Positions 51,392 to 64,000 are shown, numbered from the stretch's first letter. The stretch is DNA of 64,000 nucleotides from Mobula hypostoma (GCF_963921235.1 NC_086098.1:8742001-8806000), one strand, 5' to 3'. A program made the numbers and translations. The notes: generated from the letters alone by a model not told the origin.

Positions 51392-54251
51392 TGCCCTGCC
51401 AGGGATGCTGGTAGAGGCAGATACATTAGGAACATTTAAGAATTTCTGAGATAGACACACGGATGATCAAAAAAGTGGAGGGCTACGTTGGAGGAAAGGA
51501 TTGAATTGATCTCAGAGTAGGTTAAGATGTCGGCACTGCCTCGTGAGCTGAAGGGACTGTACTGTGCTGTGATGTCCTCCCTTCTCCCGTCCGATTTCTG
51601 AGTGGACGTTGAACCCATAAGCACGACCTCACAACTTTGTTGGGTGTTTTTTCACTACTTATTTAACCATTCAATACTTATATACTTCCTATAATTCTGT
51701 TTTTCTCTCTATTATTATGTATTGCATTGTACTGCTGCCGCAAAGACAACAAATTTCACAACGTATGCCAGCGATATTAAACCTGATTCTGATTTTGACA
51801 GAAGATTAGTTCTGAGCTGCAGATTTCATCCTCCCATTGCCGTAAAATCATGAGCTGAAAACCAACTGCATTATTTGGAGAACGAGAGAACATTTTTAGG
51901 CAGAGGAGGATGTATGACAATGGAAGTTCACCATTTCTTCAGTCTAGTTCCATATTCCCCCATTAGAGTTACTGTATTTCTATTTTTCCACTTCCTATCT
52001 TCCCCAACTTTTTCCTTGCACTTATTTTAACAGATAACTTTCATCTATTTAAATTCCTGACTGCTGGTTTAATTTATCATTTTACGGTTTTGCCTTATCT
52101 ACACCATTCTTTTCATGTGCTCACTATTCTTCTTAGACAGCAAGTGCACCCTTAGAGTTTGATGAAACAACTGTACAGGACGATGATTAAAAGATAATGG
52201 CTGTATGAGATGATGCCCTTGCAACATCTGTACCCATGTGCACTTTCTCTATATATTTATTGGCACCATATATACTCTGAGACATCTAGATAGGCACATG
52301 AATATGAAGAAAATTGTGTGGGCAGAAGAGTTTAGTTTAGTTTCCCATTTGATTACTAATTTAATTGGCTTCGCACAGCATTGCGGGCTGACGGCTCTGT
52401 TCCTGTGCTGTACTGTTCTGTGTTCTGATTTTTGGGGAGCAAATTTTTTAAACGTTTTCCTTTTTCGTAATGTTAAAGTGAAAGCTAAATCACATCCAAT
52501 TAATTAATTCTAAGAGTCCTATTTTTTTTATTCTAAAATCAATTCAAGGATTTTTTTTTTATTCTCAGGCTTCCCGGTTGCCAGCCCAAAATATGAATAC
52601 TGAATAGAAACTATTTGCTTTTAAATTCATAATTCGCCTCTTTATGCCTCCACTCAACTTTATCTCTGAACCTGACTGCCAAGTCCATGTTTGGGAGGAA
52701 AAAAGGTTTTGAATACTAAAGAACCAGGAAAATAATGAGTGAATCTGTACATTCTGCAATGAAACTGTACAGCACTTTGGGCACTTTTCATGTCTCAGAC
52801 TCAGAGTATTACATCACAGGAAAAGGCCCTTTGGCCCATTTAGGCCCATCTAGATCCACCTTGTCCTTTATCATCTGCCCCGCCCCATCTACCTGCACCA
52901 GGAATCAAACCCTCCAAGCCACTCCCGTTCATGTATCTACGAAGGCTTCTCGAAATGTTGCAATTCAACCTAAATCCACCATTTCCACCGGCAGCTCGTT
53001 ACACATCCGCACCACACTCATAGTGACGAAGTTCTCTTTCAGATTCCCCTTCAACATTTCACCTTTCACCATTAACCCATGATCTCTAGTTCTAGTCTCC
53101 CTCAACCTGAGGGGTAAAAACCTGTAATCCAGAGAGTTATGCAAGTCAGAGTCAAGTTTATTGCGTTATGGACAAGTACCTGTTTGCACTGGTCCAATGA
53201 CTTACTTGCACAGTGTTCAGAAGAAAGACATAATTTGGTATAATTGCTTAATTTTTTTATATGAGAAAACATAATCAGGACAAATTTAAAAAAGTTCATT
53301 TTACTCTGCAAAAATCATAGCCAAATCACAATTTACTCTCATCTGCTTACCATAAGCAGCTAATGGGTGTCACTAGATGGCCATCAGGAAGACCTGGTTA
53401 AATTCCTTTTGTCGTAGTGATATTGGCGCTAATTGCCGCAACTTTCTGTCCTCTGTTCCATGGTCTGTCTATGGGAGAACAATGATTTTAACAAGGTGAT
53501 CAAGTTAGGACCCCAGTAGATTGGTTCAGCAATGGGTTTTACAAGTGATGCACAGAGTTTGTTCATCTACACTGTTAGCAGAAGATAATTGCTCTCGTCT
53601 CCTTTGTCATGCTTTTTAACTTCAGGCACTTGCTATTTTCTAATTGCCACCCCATTACTATTTGATTGTGTAACCAACACTGCAAATACACTGGATGCAG
53701 TTAGTAAGGTTAATGTTCTTTAAATAAATATATAGAAACCCACATTGAACAAATCACAAAAAGGTTGTAAAATTAATGTCATTCTGTATTTTCCCCATTT
53801 GTTATTTTGCTCTGTGATGGGAAGTTATTTGTGTGGATTTGTGCCGTGTGGCAGAATAAACTTTAAATATTTGAATTAACAGCTCATTGTAGAGTCAAAA
53901 AAAGTACAACACAGAAACAGGCTCTACGGCTCATCTAGTCCATGTTGAACCATTTAACTACTCCCATAGACCTCCGTACTCCTATGATCCATGTACTTAC
54001 TCAATGTAATATTTTAATAAAGTTATAAAAGCAGTTCAGGATTTATTTTGGCAACACTTTTCAGAACAGCTAAAACATAATTGTACAGCAGTTCAAACTT
54101 GGCTCTTTAAGGAGCTCCAATATGTCAAGTTACCAGTTTGATTACCCAAGCACAGTGATTACTTTTCCACATTTCACAGTTGAAATATTACACCAAGTAT
54201 GATTCGTCAGTATGAAATTTGTTATGATAACTGTATTGTTCACGCATTCAG

Positions 54252-54366
54252 GGCAGCAGAAATAGCAGCCGTTCCTCTAGTCCGAGTGTGAGGATGATCA
54301 CAGCCACAGGAACTCCTTCTGAGAAAACGACTCGCAACTATGCATGGACGCCAGATGAATTAACAG
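54252..54366 (+). CDS. MAP3K7: MAP3K7 coding exon (exon 14 equivalent)
   Basis: gcattcag|GGC AGC AGA... = [39 protein letters not shown]|gtgtgt, matching TAK1 [13 protein letters not shown]...WTPD. 115 nt, phase 0 to 1. Confidence 0.94.
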
Positions 54367-54707
54367 GTGTGTCATGGTTCTTATTTAAAGCGATCCAGTC
54401 GGTAAGATGGACATCTCCTGAGAGGAATGGCACAGGGTAAATAAAACCGTAAGTCATAGGAGCAGAATTATTCAACCCACTGAGTCTGCTCTGCCATTCC
54501 ATCGTGGCAGATTTTTATCCTTCTCAACCCCATTCTCCTGCCTTTTCCCCATAACCTTTGATGCCTGACTAATCAGAAACCTATCAACCTCCGCTTTAAA
54601 TATGCCCAAAGGTTTGGTCTCCATATCTGTCTGTGGTAATGAATTCATCCTCATCTCTCTTCTAAATGGAAGTCCCTCTTTTCTGGTCCTGGACACTCAC
54701 TACAGGA

Positions 54708-55687
54708 AATATATATTAATGACTTGGATGAGGGAATTAAATGCAGCATCTCCAAGTTTGCGGATGACACAAAGCTGGGTGGCAGTGTTAGCAGTGAGGA
54801 GGATGCTAAGAGGATGCAGGGTGACTTGGATAGGTTGGGTGAGTGGGCAAACTCATGGCAGATGCAATTTAATGTGGATAAATGTGAAGTTATCCACTTT
54901 GGTGGCAAAAATAGGAAAACAGATTATTATCTGAATGGTGGCCGATTAGGAAAAGGGGAGGTGCAATGAGACCTGGGTGTCATTATACACCAGTCATTGA
55001 AAGTGGGCATGCAGGTACAGCAGGCGGTGAAAAAGGCGAACGGTATGCTGGCATTTATAGCGAGAGGATTCGAGTACAGGAGCAGGGAGGTACTACTGCA
55101 GTTGTACAAGGCCTTGGTGAGACCACACCTGGAGTATTGTGTGCAGTTTTGGTCCCCTAATCTGAGGAAAGACATCTTTGCCATAGAGGGAGTACAAAGA
55201 AGGTTCACCAGATTGATTCCTGGGATGGCAGGTCTTTCATATGAAGAAAGACTGGATGAACTGGGCTTGTACTCGTTGGAATTTAGAAGATTGAGGGGGG
55301 ATCTGATTGAAACGTATAAGATCCTAAAGGGATTGGACAGGCTAGATGCGGGAAGATTGTTCCCGATGTTGGGGAGGTCTAGAACGAGGGGTCACAGTTT
55401 GAGGATAGAGGGGAAGCCTTTTAGGACCGAGGTTAGGAAAAACTTCTTCACACAGAGAGTGGTGAATCTGTGGAATTCTCTGCCACAGCAAACTGTTGAG
55501 GCCAGTTCATTAGCTATGTTTAAAAGGAAGTTAGATATGGCCCTTGTGGCTACAGGGGTCAGGGGGTATGGAGGGAAGGCTGGGTTCTGAGTTGGATGAT
55601 CAGCCATGATCATAATAAATGGCGGTGCAGGCTCGAAGGGCCGAATGGCCTACTCCTGCACCTATTTTCTATGTTTCTATGTTTCTA
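54708..55687 (+). mobile_element. Young 5'-truncated CR1, copy 2, nested in an older minus-strand CR1 (54450-55890)
   Basis: Near-identical to 22943-23922. A CGA>TGA change at ~54967 splits the ORF. Confidence 0.95.
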
Positions 55688-56149
55688 TATCCTCTCCACA
55701 TCCAGTCTGTCTGATCCTTTCAATGTTTCAGTGAGATTCCCTTTCATCCTTATGAGCTCCAGCGAATACAGCCCAGGGCCATCAAATGCTCCCCATACAT
55801 TAACCCTTTCATTCTTGGAATCGTTCTCGTGAACGTTCCCTGGGCCCTCTTCATTGCCAGGACATTTTTTTTAGATGAGGGGCCCAAATAGAAGAAGAAC
55901 TATCTCAGTTTAATTTCGGCGGCACATAGCAAAGCGAGCAGTCAGGATTCAGTTCACCACTGTCTGTTGGAAGTTTGTGTATTCTCCCCTTGGCCATGTA
56001 GGTTTGCTCTCTGTGTTCTGGTTCCGTCCCACATTCCAAAGACGTGCAGGTTAATAGTTTAGTTGGTCACATGGTTGTGCTTGGGTTCATTGGGCCAGAA
56101 AGATCTGTTACCGTGCTTTATCACCAAGACAAAATTTATAACTCTAGTA

Positions 56150-57210
56150 GTATGTGTTATAGAAGGAGACAGGAGAGGAGATGGAAGAGCCTGTGGCCTG
56201 GTGTCAGGCAAATAACCTCTTCCTCAATGTCAATAAGACAATGGAGAACTCGCACCACTTCAGGGGAGCTCGCATCAGTCACGCTCCCCTTTATATCAGC
56301 GGCACAGCAGAGGGAACTGTGAGCAGTATCAAACTCCTGGCAGAGCAGAGCACATCACACACAACCTCTCATGGCCCAGAACACATCTTACACAGTCAAG
56401 AAAGCTCACCAGCGTGTTTGCTTTCTGAGGATGCTGAAGGGAGCTGGATGATGCACATCAATACGCACGTCTTTCTTGTTCTACGAGTCTGTGGTGGCCA
56501 GTGCTATCATGTTTGCTGTTGTGTGCTGGGGCAGCAGGCTGAGGGTAACAGACACCAACAGAATCAACGAACTCATTCGTAAGGCCAGTGATGTTGTGGA
56601 GATGGAACTGGACTCTCTCACGGTGGTGTCTGAAAAGAGGATGCTGTCCAAGTTGCATGCCAACTTGGTCAATGTCTCCCATCCACTACATAATGTACTG
56701 GTTGGGCACAGGAGTACATTCAGCCAGAGACTCATTCCACCGAGATGCAACACAGAGCGTCTAGGAAGTCATTCCTGCCTGTGGCCATCAAAGTTTACAA
56801 CTCCTCCCTTGGAGGATCAGACACCCTGAGCCAATAGGCTGGTCCTGGACATTTCATAATTTATTGGCATAATTTACATATTACTATTTAACTATTTATG
56901 CTTTTATTACTATTTATTATTTATGGTGCAACTGTAACAAAAACCAATTTCCTCCGGGATCAATAAAGTATGACTATGACTAGAGAGCATCCTAACATGC
57001 TGCATAACAGCATGGTACGGAAACTCCGCCGCGGCGGAAAGGAAGGAAGGCTCTGCACCGGGAAGGCAAAACTACCGAATGCATCATCGGCACCAGCCTA
57101 TCCGCCATCGAGAACGTGAACAGAGAAAGATGCCAGGAAAAGGCCAGCGATGTCGTGAAGGATCCTGCCCACCCTGCTCATGGACTGTTTGTCCCTCTCC
57201 CATCAGGGAG
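56150..57210 (+). mobile_element. Nested Rex/Babar fragments (younger copy ~56478-56982 within an older one)
   Basis: WCQANNLFLNVNKT (older). FYESVVASAIMFAVVCWG...HPLH (younger) with (TATGAC)n tail. Confidence 0.8.
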
Positions 57211-57229
57211 AAAGAATGCTGCTCTATAC

Positions 57230-59050
57230 TGAGGCGGTGTCCTCTGGTGTTAGACTCTCCCAGCGTAGGAAACATCCTCTCCATCAGGGCCTTTCATAAT
57301 TAGATCTGTTTCAATGAAGTCATCCCTCATTCTTCACAATTCTAGTGAATACAAGCCCAGAGCCATCAATGCTCTTCATATGACAAGTTAGTCAATGCTG
57401 GAAACATTTTCATGAACCTCCTTTGAACCCTCTTCATTTTCAGAACATCCTTTCTAAAATAAGGGGCTCAAAACTGCTCACAATACAAGTGAGGCCTCAC
57501 CAGTGCTTTATAAAGTCTCAACATGACATCCTTATTCTAGTCCTCTTGAAATGATTGCTAACATTGCATTTGCCTTCCTCACCACAGACTCAACCTGCAA
57601 ATTAACCTTTATGGAATCCTGCACAAGGACTCCAATGTCCCTTTGCACCTCAGATTTTTGTATTTTCTCTCCCTCTCATTTCTTCTACCAAAGTGCACGA
57701 CCATTCACTTCCAGACATATTTCCTATTCTGATACATCTGACTTTAGCTTCTCCTTCTCAAATTTCAGAGTGAATTCAATCATATTATGATCTGTTTCCT
57801 CTAACGGTTCTTTTACCTTAAACTCTCTAATGATTCTAGTTCATTGCACAATAACCAATCCAGAATAGCTGATCCCATAGCAGACATCCCACCCTGCAAA
57901 AACTCATTTCAGGGAGGTAGCACCATCAGCTTGTGGGAGACTTCCAGAAGAGGTGGGATGTCTGCAATAAAGTAGCTCCTTAGCAGCTGGCCAGCTAGTT
58001 TAAATAACGTTAGCTATGCTAATGAACGAATGACACCTGTTAAGCTCACCTCAACATGTCTTTTACAGTCTTAACCCACCATGGACAATAGAAAAGTCAC
58101 TGTTGCAAACTGTGCAGCAAACAACACTGTCATTATTTTGACTCCTATTAGGCAGGGGTACACTTTAGTGTAGTCTGGGGTGATGTACGTTTTATATTTT
58201 TTTGGAACACTCTGCCATGGTGTGCTCTCACTCACGCTCTCTCTCTCTCTCTCGTGGTCGCTCGCGCGCTCTCAAGCACTCTCACTTGCTTTCTCTCTCA
58301 CTCGTGCACTCTCACTTGCTTTTCTCTCGCTCGCTCTCAAAAAAATTGATTTCCATGACATTGTATATAATTTGCGGGCATCAGGAAGCCACTATTAAAA
58401 TGCAGGAGACTCCCGGAAGTTCCGGGAGAGGTGGGATGTCTGCCGTAGTGGGCTCAACCATGAGCTATTCTAAACAGCCATCTCATAGGCATTCTAGAAA
58501 CTTCCCCTTCTGGAAACCAGCACCAACCTGATTTTCCCAATCTACCTGCTCATTGAAGTCCCCTATGACTATTGTAACATTGCCTTTTTGGCATGCATTT
58601 TCTATCTCCCGTTGTAATTTGTTGGCCTCATCTTACTACTGTTTGGGAGTCTGTATATAACTCCCATCAGGGTTTTGTTTACTCTTGCAGTTGCTTAGCA
58701 TTGTCCATAATGATTCAACACCTTCTAAACCTGCATCACCTCTTTCAGCCAACTGTGCTGCAAGTTCACCTTATTCCATATACTGCACGCATTCAAGTAC
58801 AACCCTCCAGTCCTGTATTCACCCTTTTCGATTTTATCTGCCTTTTATGTTGCAGCTCATCCTGTTGACTGCAATTTTGCCCTATCTACAGCCTCTCCTC
58901 ACTACACATTGCCTGTGTTTGTAAACAAATTACCTCATCTTCAGCACTATTCCTAAGATACTTCTTGCACTGAAATATATACAGCTCAGTAGACTATTTG
59001 CACTATACTCAACCTTTTGATTCCTAACCTTGTTGGAAGTCTTACCAACA
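57230..59050 (-). mobile_element. Decayed CR1 fragments (RT 3' part and endonuclease/ORF1 junction)
   Basis: Reverse-complement CR1 motifs (ESVVRKANAMLAII; GDFN; DQLFWIGYC-type). Confidence 0.7.
57881..58442. mobile_element. Unclassified DNA-transposon MITE, 13-bp perfect TIR, apparent 6-bp TSD
   Basis: CAGACATCCCACC ... GGTGGGATGTCTG with flanks CCATAG / CCGTAG. Inserted into CR1 sequence that rejoins across it. Confidence 0.8.
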
Positions 59051-60299
59051 TCTGCCTCAAGATACCACTCTGACAATGGCTGCTGTGCTTGCTCCTGCCT
59101 TCCTTTGCTAATCAATCACAAATGCTAATTGGCCACTGGTCAAAGCTCTTCTTCCCTGTAGCCCACTGCTGCCTTTTGTACTTAGGCAGTGGACCTGATT
59201 GAAGTCCCCTCCTCTCAAAACTTCCGATGAACGGATTCGCCACTGGCCTAGGCTCTTTTCCTTTATATACATAAAATCAATCTATGTATACAAGCTATCT
59301 TACGTATTCATATTTATTGTTTTTTATTATCATCTTATCCTTTTTTTGTACTGTATCAGATCCAGAATAACAATTATTTCATTTTCCTTTATACTTGTGT
59401 ACTGGAAATGATATAAAACAGTCTTGAATGAAGGATATAGAAAACCCAATGATGGCGTATTGCTTGCATTTCTATCTCAAATGTCTATCTATGTACAGTA
59501 CCATAATGCAACTCTTACATGCACTTTCTCTTTGGTCCTCAGCATCTAATTCGTCATTCTGATTTTGTAAAGATACGTATTTGGTGGCAAACAGGGCTAG
59601 TAATTTGCCTTCCAGGTATCAGGGTCTACGATGTTAGAGTAAGCAGCCAGAAGTCATGGTACATGGGTAGAAAATGGATGAGGTCCTGAAAACAGAATAC
59701 AGGGAGTTAGGAAGGAAGCTGAGAAGCAGGACCTCAAGGGTAGTAATCTCGGGATTGCTGCCTGTGCCACGCGCCTGTGAGGATAGAAATAGAATGAGGT
59801 GACAGATAACTGAATTGAAGAATTGTAGCAGTGGGCAGGGATTCAGATTTCTGGATCATTGGGACCTCTTCTGGGGTCGGTGTGACCTGTACTAAAAGGA
59901 CGGGTTCCCCTTGAAGCCAAGGGGGACAATATTATTGCGGGCAGGTTTACTAGAGCTGTTGGGAATGGTTTAAGCTAATCTGGCAGGGGGAATAGGAACC
60001 AGTATGATAGAGCTGAGGATGAGCCAGCAGGTTTACAATTAGATGATGGGTGTAACATGAATGTAAGGAAGAACAAACCACAGATTGAGTACCAATGCAG
60101 AACAGTGCAAGAGTTAAATTGAACCACAGAGTTAAAATATAAAAGAGGGAAGAATGCAGGACTGAAGCTGCTGTATTTAAATGCGCGTAGCAATCAGAAT
60201 AAGTTGGACGGACTCATGGCACAATTAGGTATAATGTGGGCATCACTGAGTTGTGGCTGAAAGAAGGCCGTAGTTGAGAGCTTAACATCAAAGGATATA

Positions 60300-62170
60300 G
60301 TCATAGTCATACTTTACTGATCCCGGGGGAAATTGGTTTTCATTACAGTTGCACCATAAATAATTAAATAGTAATAAAACCATAAATAGTTAAATAGTAT
60401 TCTGTAAATCATGCCAGGAAATAAGTCCAGGACCAGCCTATTAGCTCTGGGGGTCTGACCCTCCAAGGGAGGAGTTGTAAAGTTTGATGGCCACAGGCAG
60501 GAATGACTTCCTATGACACTCTGTGTTGCATCTCAGTGGAATGAATCTCTGGCTGAATGTACTCCTGTGCTCACCCAGTACATAGAAACATAGAAACATA
60601 GAAAATAGGTGCAGGAGTAGGCCATTCGGCCCTTCGAGCCTGCACCGCCATTTATTATGATCATGGCTGATCATCCAACTCAGAACCCAGCCTTCCCTCC
60701 ATACCCCCTGACCCCTGTAGCCACAAGGGCCATATCTAACTTCCTTTTAAACATAGCTAATGAACTGGCCTCAACAGTTTGCTGTGGCAGAGAATTCCAC
60801 AGATTCACCACTCTCTGTGTGAAGAAGTTTTTCCTAACCTCGGTCCTAAAAGGCTTCCCCTCTATCCTCAAACTGTGACCCCTCGTTCTAGACCTCCCCA
60901 ACATCGGGAACAATCTTCCTGCATCTAGCCTGTCCAATCCCTTTAGGATCTTATACGTTTCAATCAGATCCCCCCTCAATCTTCTAAATTCCAACGAGTA
61001 CAAGCCCAGTTCATCCAGTCTTTCTTCATATGAAAGACCTGCCATCCCAGGAATCAATCTGGTGAACCTTCTTTGTACTCCCTCTATGGCAAAGATGTCT
61101 TTCCTCAGATTAGGGGACCAAAACTGCACACAATACTCCAGGTGTGGTCTCACCAAGGCCTTGTACAACTGCAGTAGTACCTCCCTGCTCCTGTACTCGA
61201 ATCCTCTCGCTATAAATGCCAGCATACCGTTCGCCTTTTTCACCGCCTGCTGTACCTGCATGCCCACTTTCAATGACTGGTGTATAATGACACCCAGGTC
61301 TCGTTGCACCTCCCCTTTTCCTAATCGGCCACCATTCAGATAATAATCTGTTTTCCTATTTTTGCCACCAAAGTGGATAACTTCACATTTATCCACATTA
61401 AATTGCATCTGCCATGAGTTTGCCCACTCACCCAACCTATCCAAGTCACCCTGCATCCTCTTAGCATCCTCCTCACTGTCAGATTTGGCAAAATCTCTTA
61501 TCCCGCACTGAGGCAATCCTGGTGTGTTCTGCAAGTAGAAGTCCAAGTAAAACCATTATGTAGTGGATGGCAGACATTGTCCAAGATGGCATGCAACTTG
61601 GACAGCATCCTCTTTTCAGACACCACCGTCAGAGAGTCCAGTTCCATCCCCACAACATCACTGGCCTTACGAATGAGATTGTTGATTCTGTTGGTGTCTG
61701 CTACCCTCAGCCTGCTGCCCCAGCACACAACAGCAAACATGATAGCACTGGCCACCACAGACTCGTAGAACATCCTCAGCATCGTCCAGCAGATGTTAAA
61801 GGACCTCAGTCTCCTCAGGAAATAGAGACGGCTCTGACCCTTCTTGTAGACAGCCTTAGTGTTCTTTGACCAGTCCAGTTTATTGTCAATTCATATCCCC
61901 ATGTATTTGTAATCCTCCACCATGTCTACACTGACCCCCTGGATGGAAACAGGGGTCACTGGTACCTTAGCTCTCCTCAGGTCTACCACCAGCTCCTTAG
62001 TCTTTTTCACGTTAAGCTGCAGATAATTCTGCTCACACCATGTGACAAAGTTTCCTACCGTAGCCCTGTACTCAGCCTCATCTCCCTTGCTGATGCATCC
62101 AACTATGGCAGAGTCATCAGAAAACTTCTGAAGGTGACAAGACCCTGTGCAGTAGTTGAAGTCCAAGGTG
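60300..62170 (-). mobile_element. Rex/Babar LINE 3' half nested in the old CR1
   Basis: KFSDDSAIVG, WCEQNYLQLNVKKTKELVVD, FYESVVASAI. (TAGTCA)n tail at 60298. Host CR1 rejoins as AAGGATAT/ACTTTG. Confidence 0.9.
60582..61478 (-). mobile_element. Young 5'-truncated CR1, copy 3 (antisense), nested in the Rex element
   Basis: Reverse complement of copies 1 and 2 with only a few substitutions. Open frame [14 protein letters not shown]...GYGGKAGF. Confidence 0.95.
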
Positions 62171-64000
62171 TATACTTTGTATCAAGAGGACAGGCAGGAA
62201 GGCATAGGCGGTGGTGAGGCTGTGTTGGTAAGAAACAGAATTACATCTTTACAAAGAGGTGACATGGCGTCAGAGAATGTTGAATCTTTGTGGGTGGAGT
62301 TAAGAAACTGCCAGTGTAAAAAAAAACATGGGAATCGTATACAAGCCTCCAAATAGTAGCCAAGATGTGGGAAGATTGTGAAGGGAGCTGGATGTATGTA
62401 GTAAGGGTAATGACACAATTGCAATGGAGGACTTCAATATGCAAGGGGATTGGGAAAATCTGGTTGCGGTTGGATCTCAAGATAGGGAATTTGTTGAATG
62501 CCTTTGAGTTGGCTTTCTAGTGTAGCTTGTGTTTGAGTGTACTTGGGGAAAGGTTTGGGTGTTGTGTAATAACCCAGAATCTAGTAGCGAACTTAACGTA
62601 ATGGAACCCTTAGGAGGCAGAGATCATAATATGATTGAATTCATACTGCAATTTGAGAGGGAGAAGCATAAGTCACATGTATCAGTATCACAATGGGGTA
62701 AAGGGAATTACAGAGGCATGAGAGAGGAGCTTGCCCAGATGGATTAGAGGGGGATACTGGTGTGGTTGACGGCAGAGCAGAGATGGCTGAAGTTTCTAGG
62801 AATAGTTCACAAGGCGCAGGATAGATATGTCCCACAGAAGAAATAGTTCTCAAATTGCAGAGGTAGGCAACCATGGTGGACAAGGAAAGTTAAGGATGAC
62901 ATAAAAGCCAAGGAAGGTGAATGATTGGGAAGCTTTTAAAATCCAATAAAAGGTAATTACAAAAGCTAAAAGAAGGGAAAAGAGGACAAACTAGCCAATA
63001 GTACCAAGCAGGATACTAATTTTTTTCCAGTTATACAAAGAGTGAAAAGGAAGTGAGAGTTGATATTGGTCCACTGAAAAAATGATGCTGGTGTGGTCGT
63101 AATGGGGGACAACGAAATGACAGATGAATTTAATGGGTACTTTGCATCTGTGTTCACTGTGGAAGACACTAGCAGTGTGCCAGATGTATGTGAGTATCAG
63201 GGAGCAGGAGTAAATGCCATTGCTATTACAAAGGAAAAAGCAAGGCAAACTCAAAAGTCTTAAGGTGGCTAAGTCACTTGGACCAGATGAACTACATCCC
63301 AGAGTCTGGAGAGAGGTTGCTGAAAAGATAACAGATGCATAGGTCATGATCTTTCAAGAATCGCTTGATTTCGGCATGGCCCAGAGGACTGGAAATTGCA
63401 AATGTCACTCCACTCTTTAAGAAAGGAGAAAGGCAAAAGAAAGGAAATTATAGGCCAGATAGCCTAACCTCAGTGGTTGGGAAATTGTTGGAGTCTATTA
63501 TTAAGGATAAGGTTTTGGGGTACTTGGAGACTAATGATAAAATAATCAGAGTCAGCATGGTTTCTTTAAAGGGAAGTCTTGCCTGATAAATCTGTTAGAG
63601 TTCTTCGATGAAATAACAAGCAGGGTGGACAAAGGAGAGGCAGTGGATGTCATTTACTTGGATTTTCAGAAGGCGTTTGATAAGGTGCCACACATGAGGC
63701 TGCTAAACAAGATAAATTCCTATGGCATTACAGGAAAAATACTGGCATGGATAGAGGGATGGCTGACAGCTAGGATGCAGCGAGTGGGAATAAACGGGAC
63801 CTTTTCTGGTTTGCTGCCAGTGACTAGTGGTGTTCCTCAGGGGTCAGTATTGGCACCACTGCTTTTCACATTATTTGTCAATGATTTAGATAATGGAATT
63901 GATGGTTTTGTGGCAAAGTTTGCAGATGACATGAAGATAGGTGGAGGGGTAATCTAAATGGGAAAAAATTCAAACATGAGAGGTGCAGAGGGACTTAGAA

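Larger units (their letters stand above)
59625..64000 (+). mobile_element. CR1 LINE with ORF1 esterase-like remnant and ORF2, interrupted by Rex and young CR1; runs off the window
   Basis: SRTSRVVISGLLPVPRA...GFRFLDHWDLFWGR (SGNH-esterase-type ORF1), YLNARS, ESLWVEL, GNYRP, YLDFQKAFDKVPH, KFADD. Same subfamily as 11270-13662. Confidence 0.88.

Noticed and set aside
59440..59480. CCAATGATGGCGTAT resembling TAK1 exon 15 (IPMAYLTLDH)
   Set aside because: The flanking translation does not match. Exon 15 was not found and presumably lies downstream.

Overview
Vertebrate genomic DNA, most likely from a cartilaginous fish (ray or shark), judged from the repeat mix: CR1, Rex/Babar, RTE, Penelope and V/HE1-type SINEs. 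The window holds seven internal + strand coding exons of MAP3K7 (TAK1), equivalent to human exons 8-14: the end of the kinase domain, the regulatory region and the 81-nt alternatively spliced exon 12 with three upstream RBFOX motifs. The start and end of the gene lie outside the window. The introns, including a ~31 kb intron 12, are mostly nested transposon remnants: an RTE LINE, a Tc1, several Penelope insertions with 10-14 bp TSDs, old and very young CR1 LINEs, Rex/Babar LINEs, a solo LTR, a decayed Gypsy element and MITEs. Almost all ORF-track entries are TE fragments or noise. I found no convincing new protein-coding system. The best leads are (1) a Tigger MITE with a segment that looks almost identical to mammalian MER2, possibly a horizontal transfer; (2) three >99% identical young CR1 copies whose inverted arrangement brackets exons 13-14 (dsRNA, or a stop-free 180-nt circRNA); (3) hairpin Penelope mini-insertions with clean TSDs; and (4) candidate hidden splicing elements. 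Family names come from motif recognition, not database searches, and TE boundaries without TSDs are approximate.
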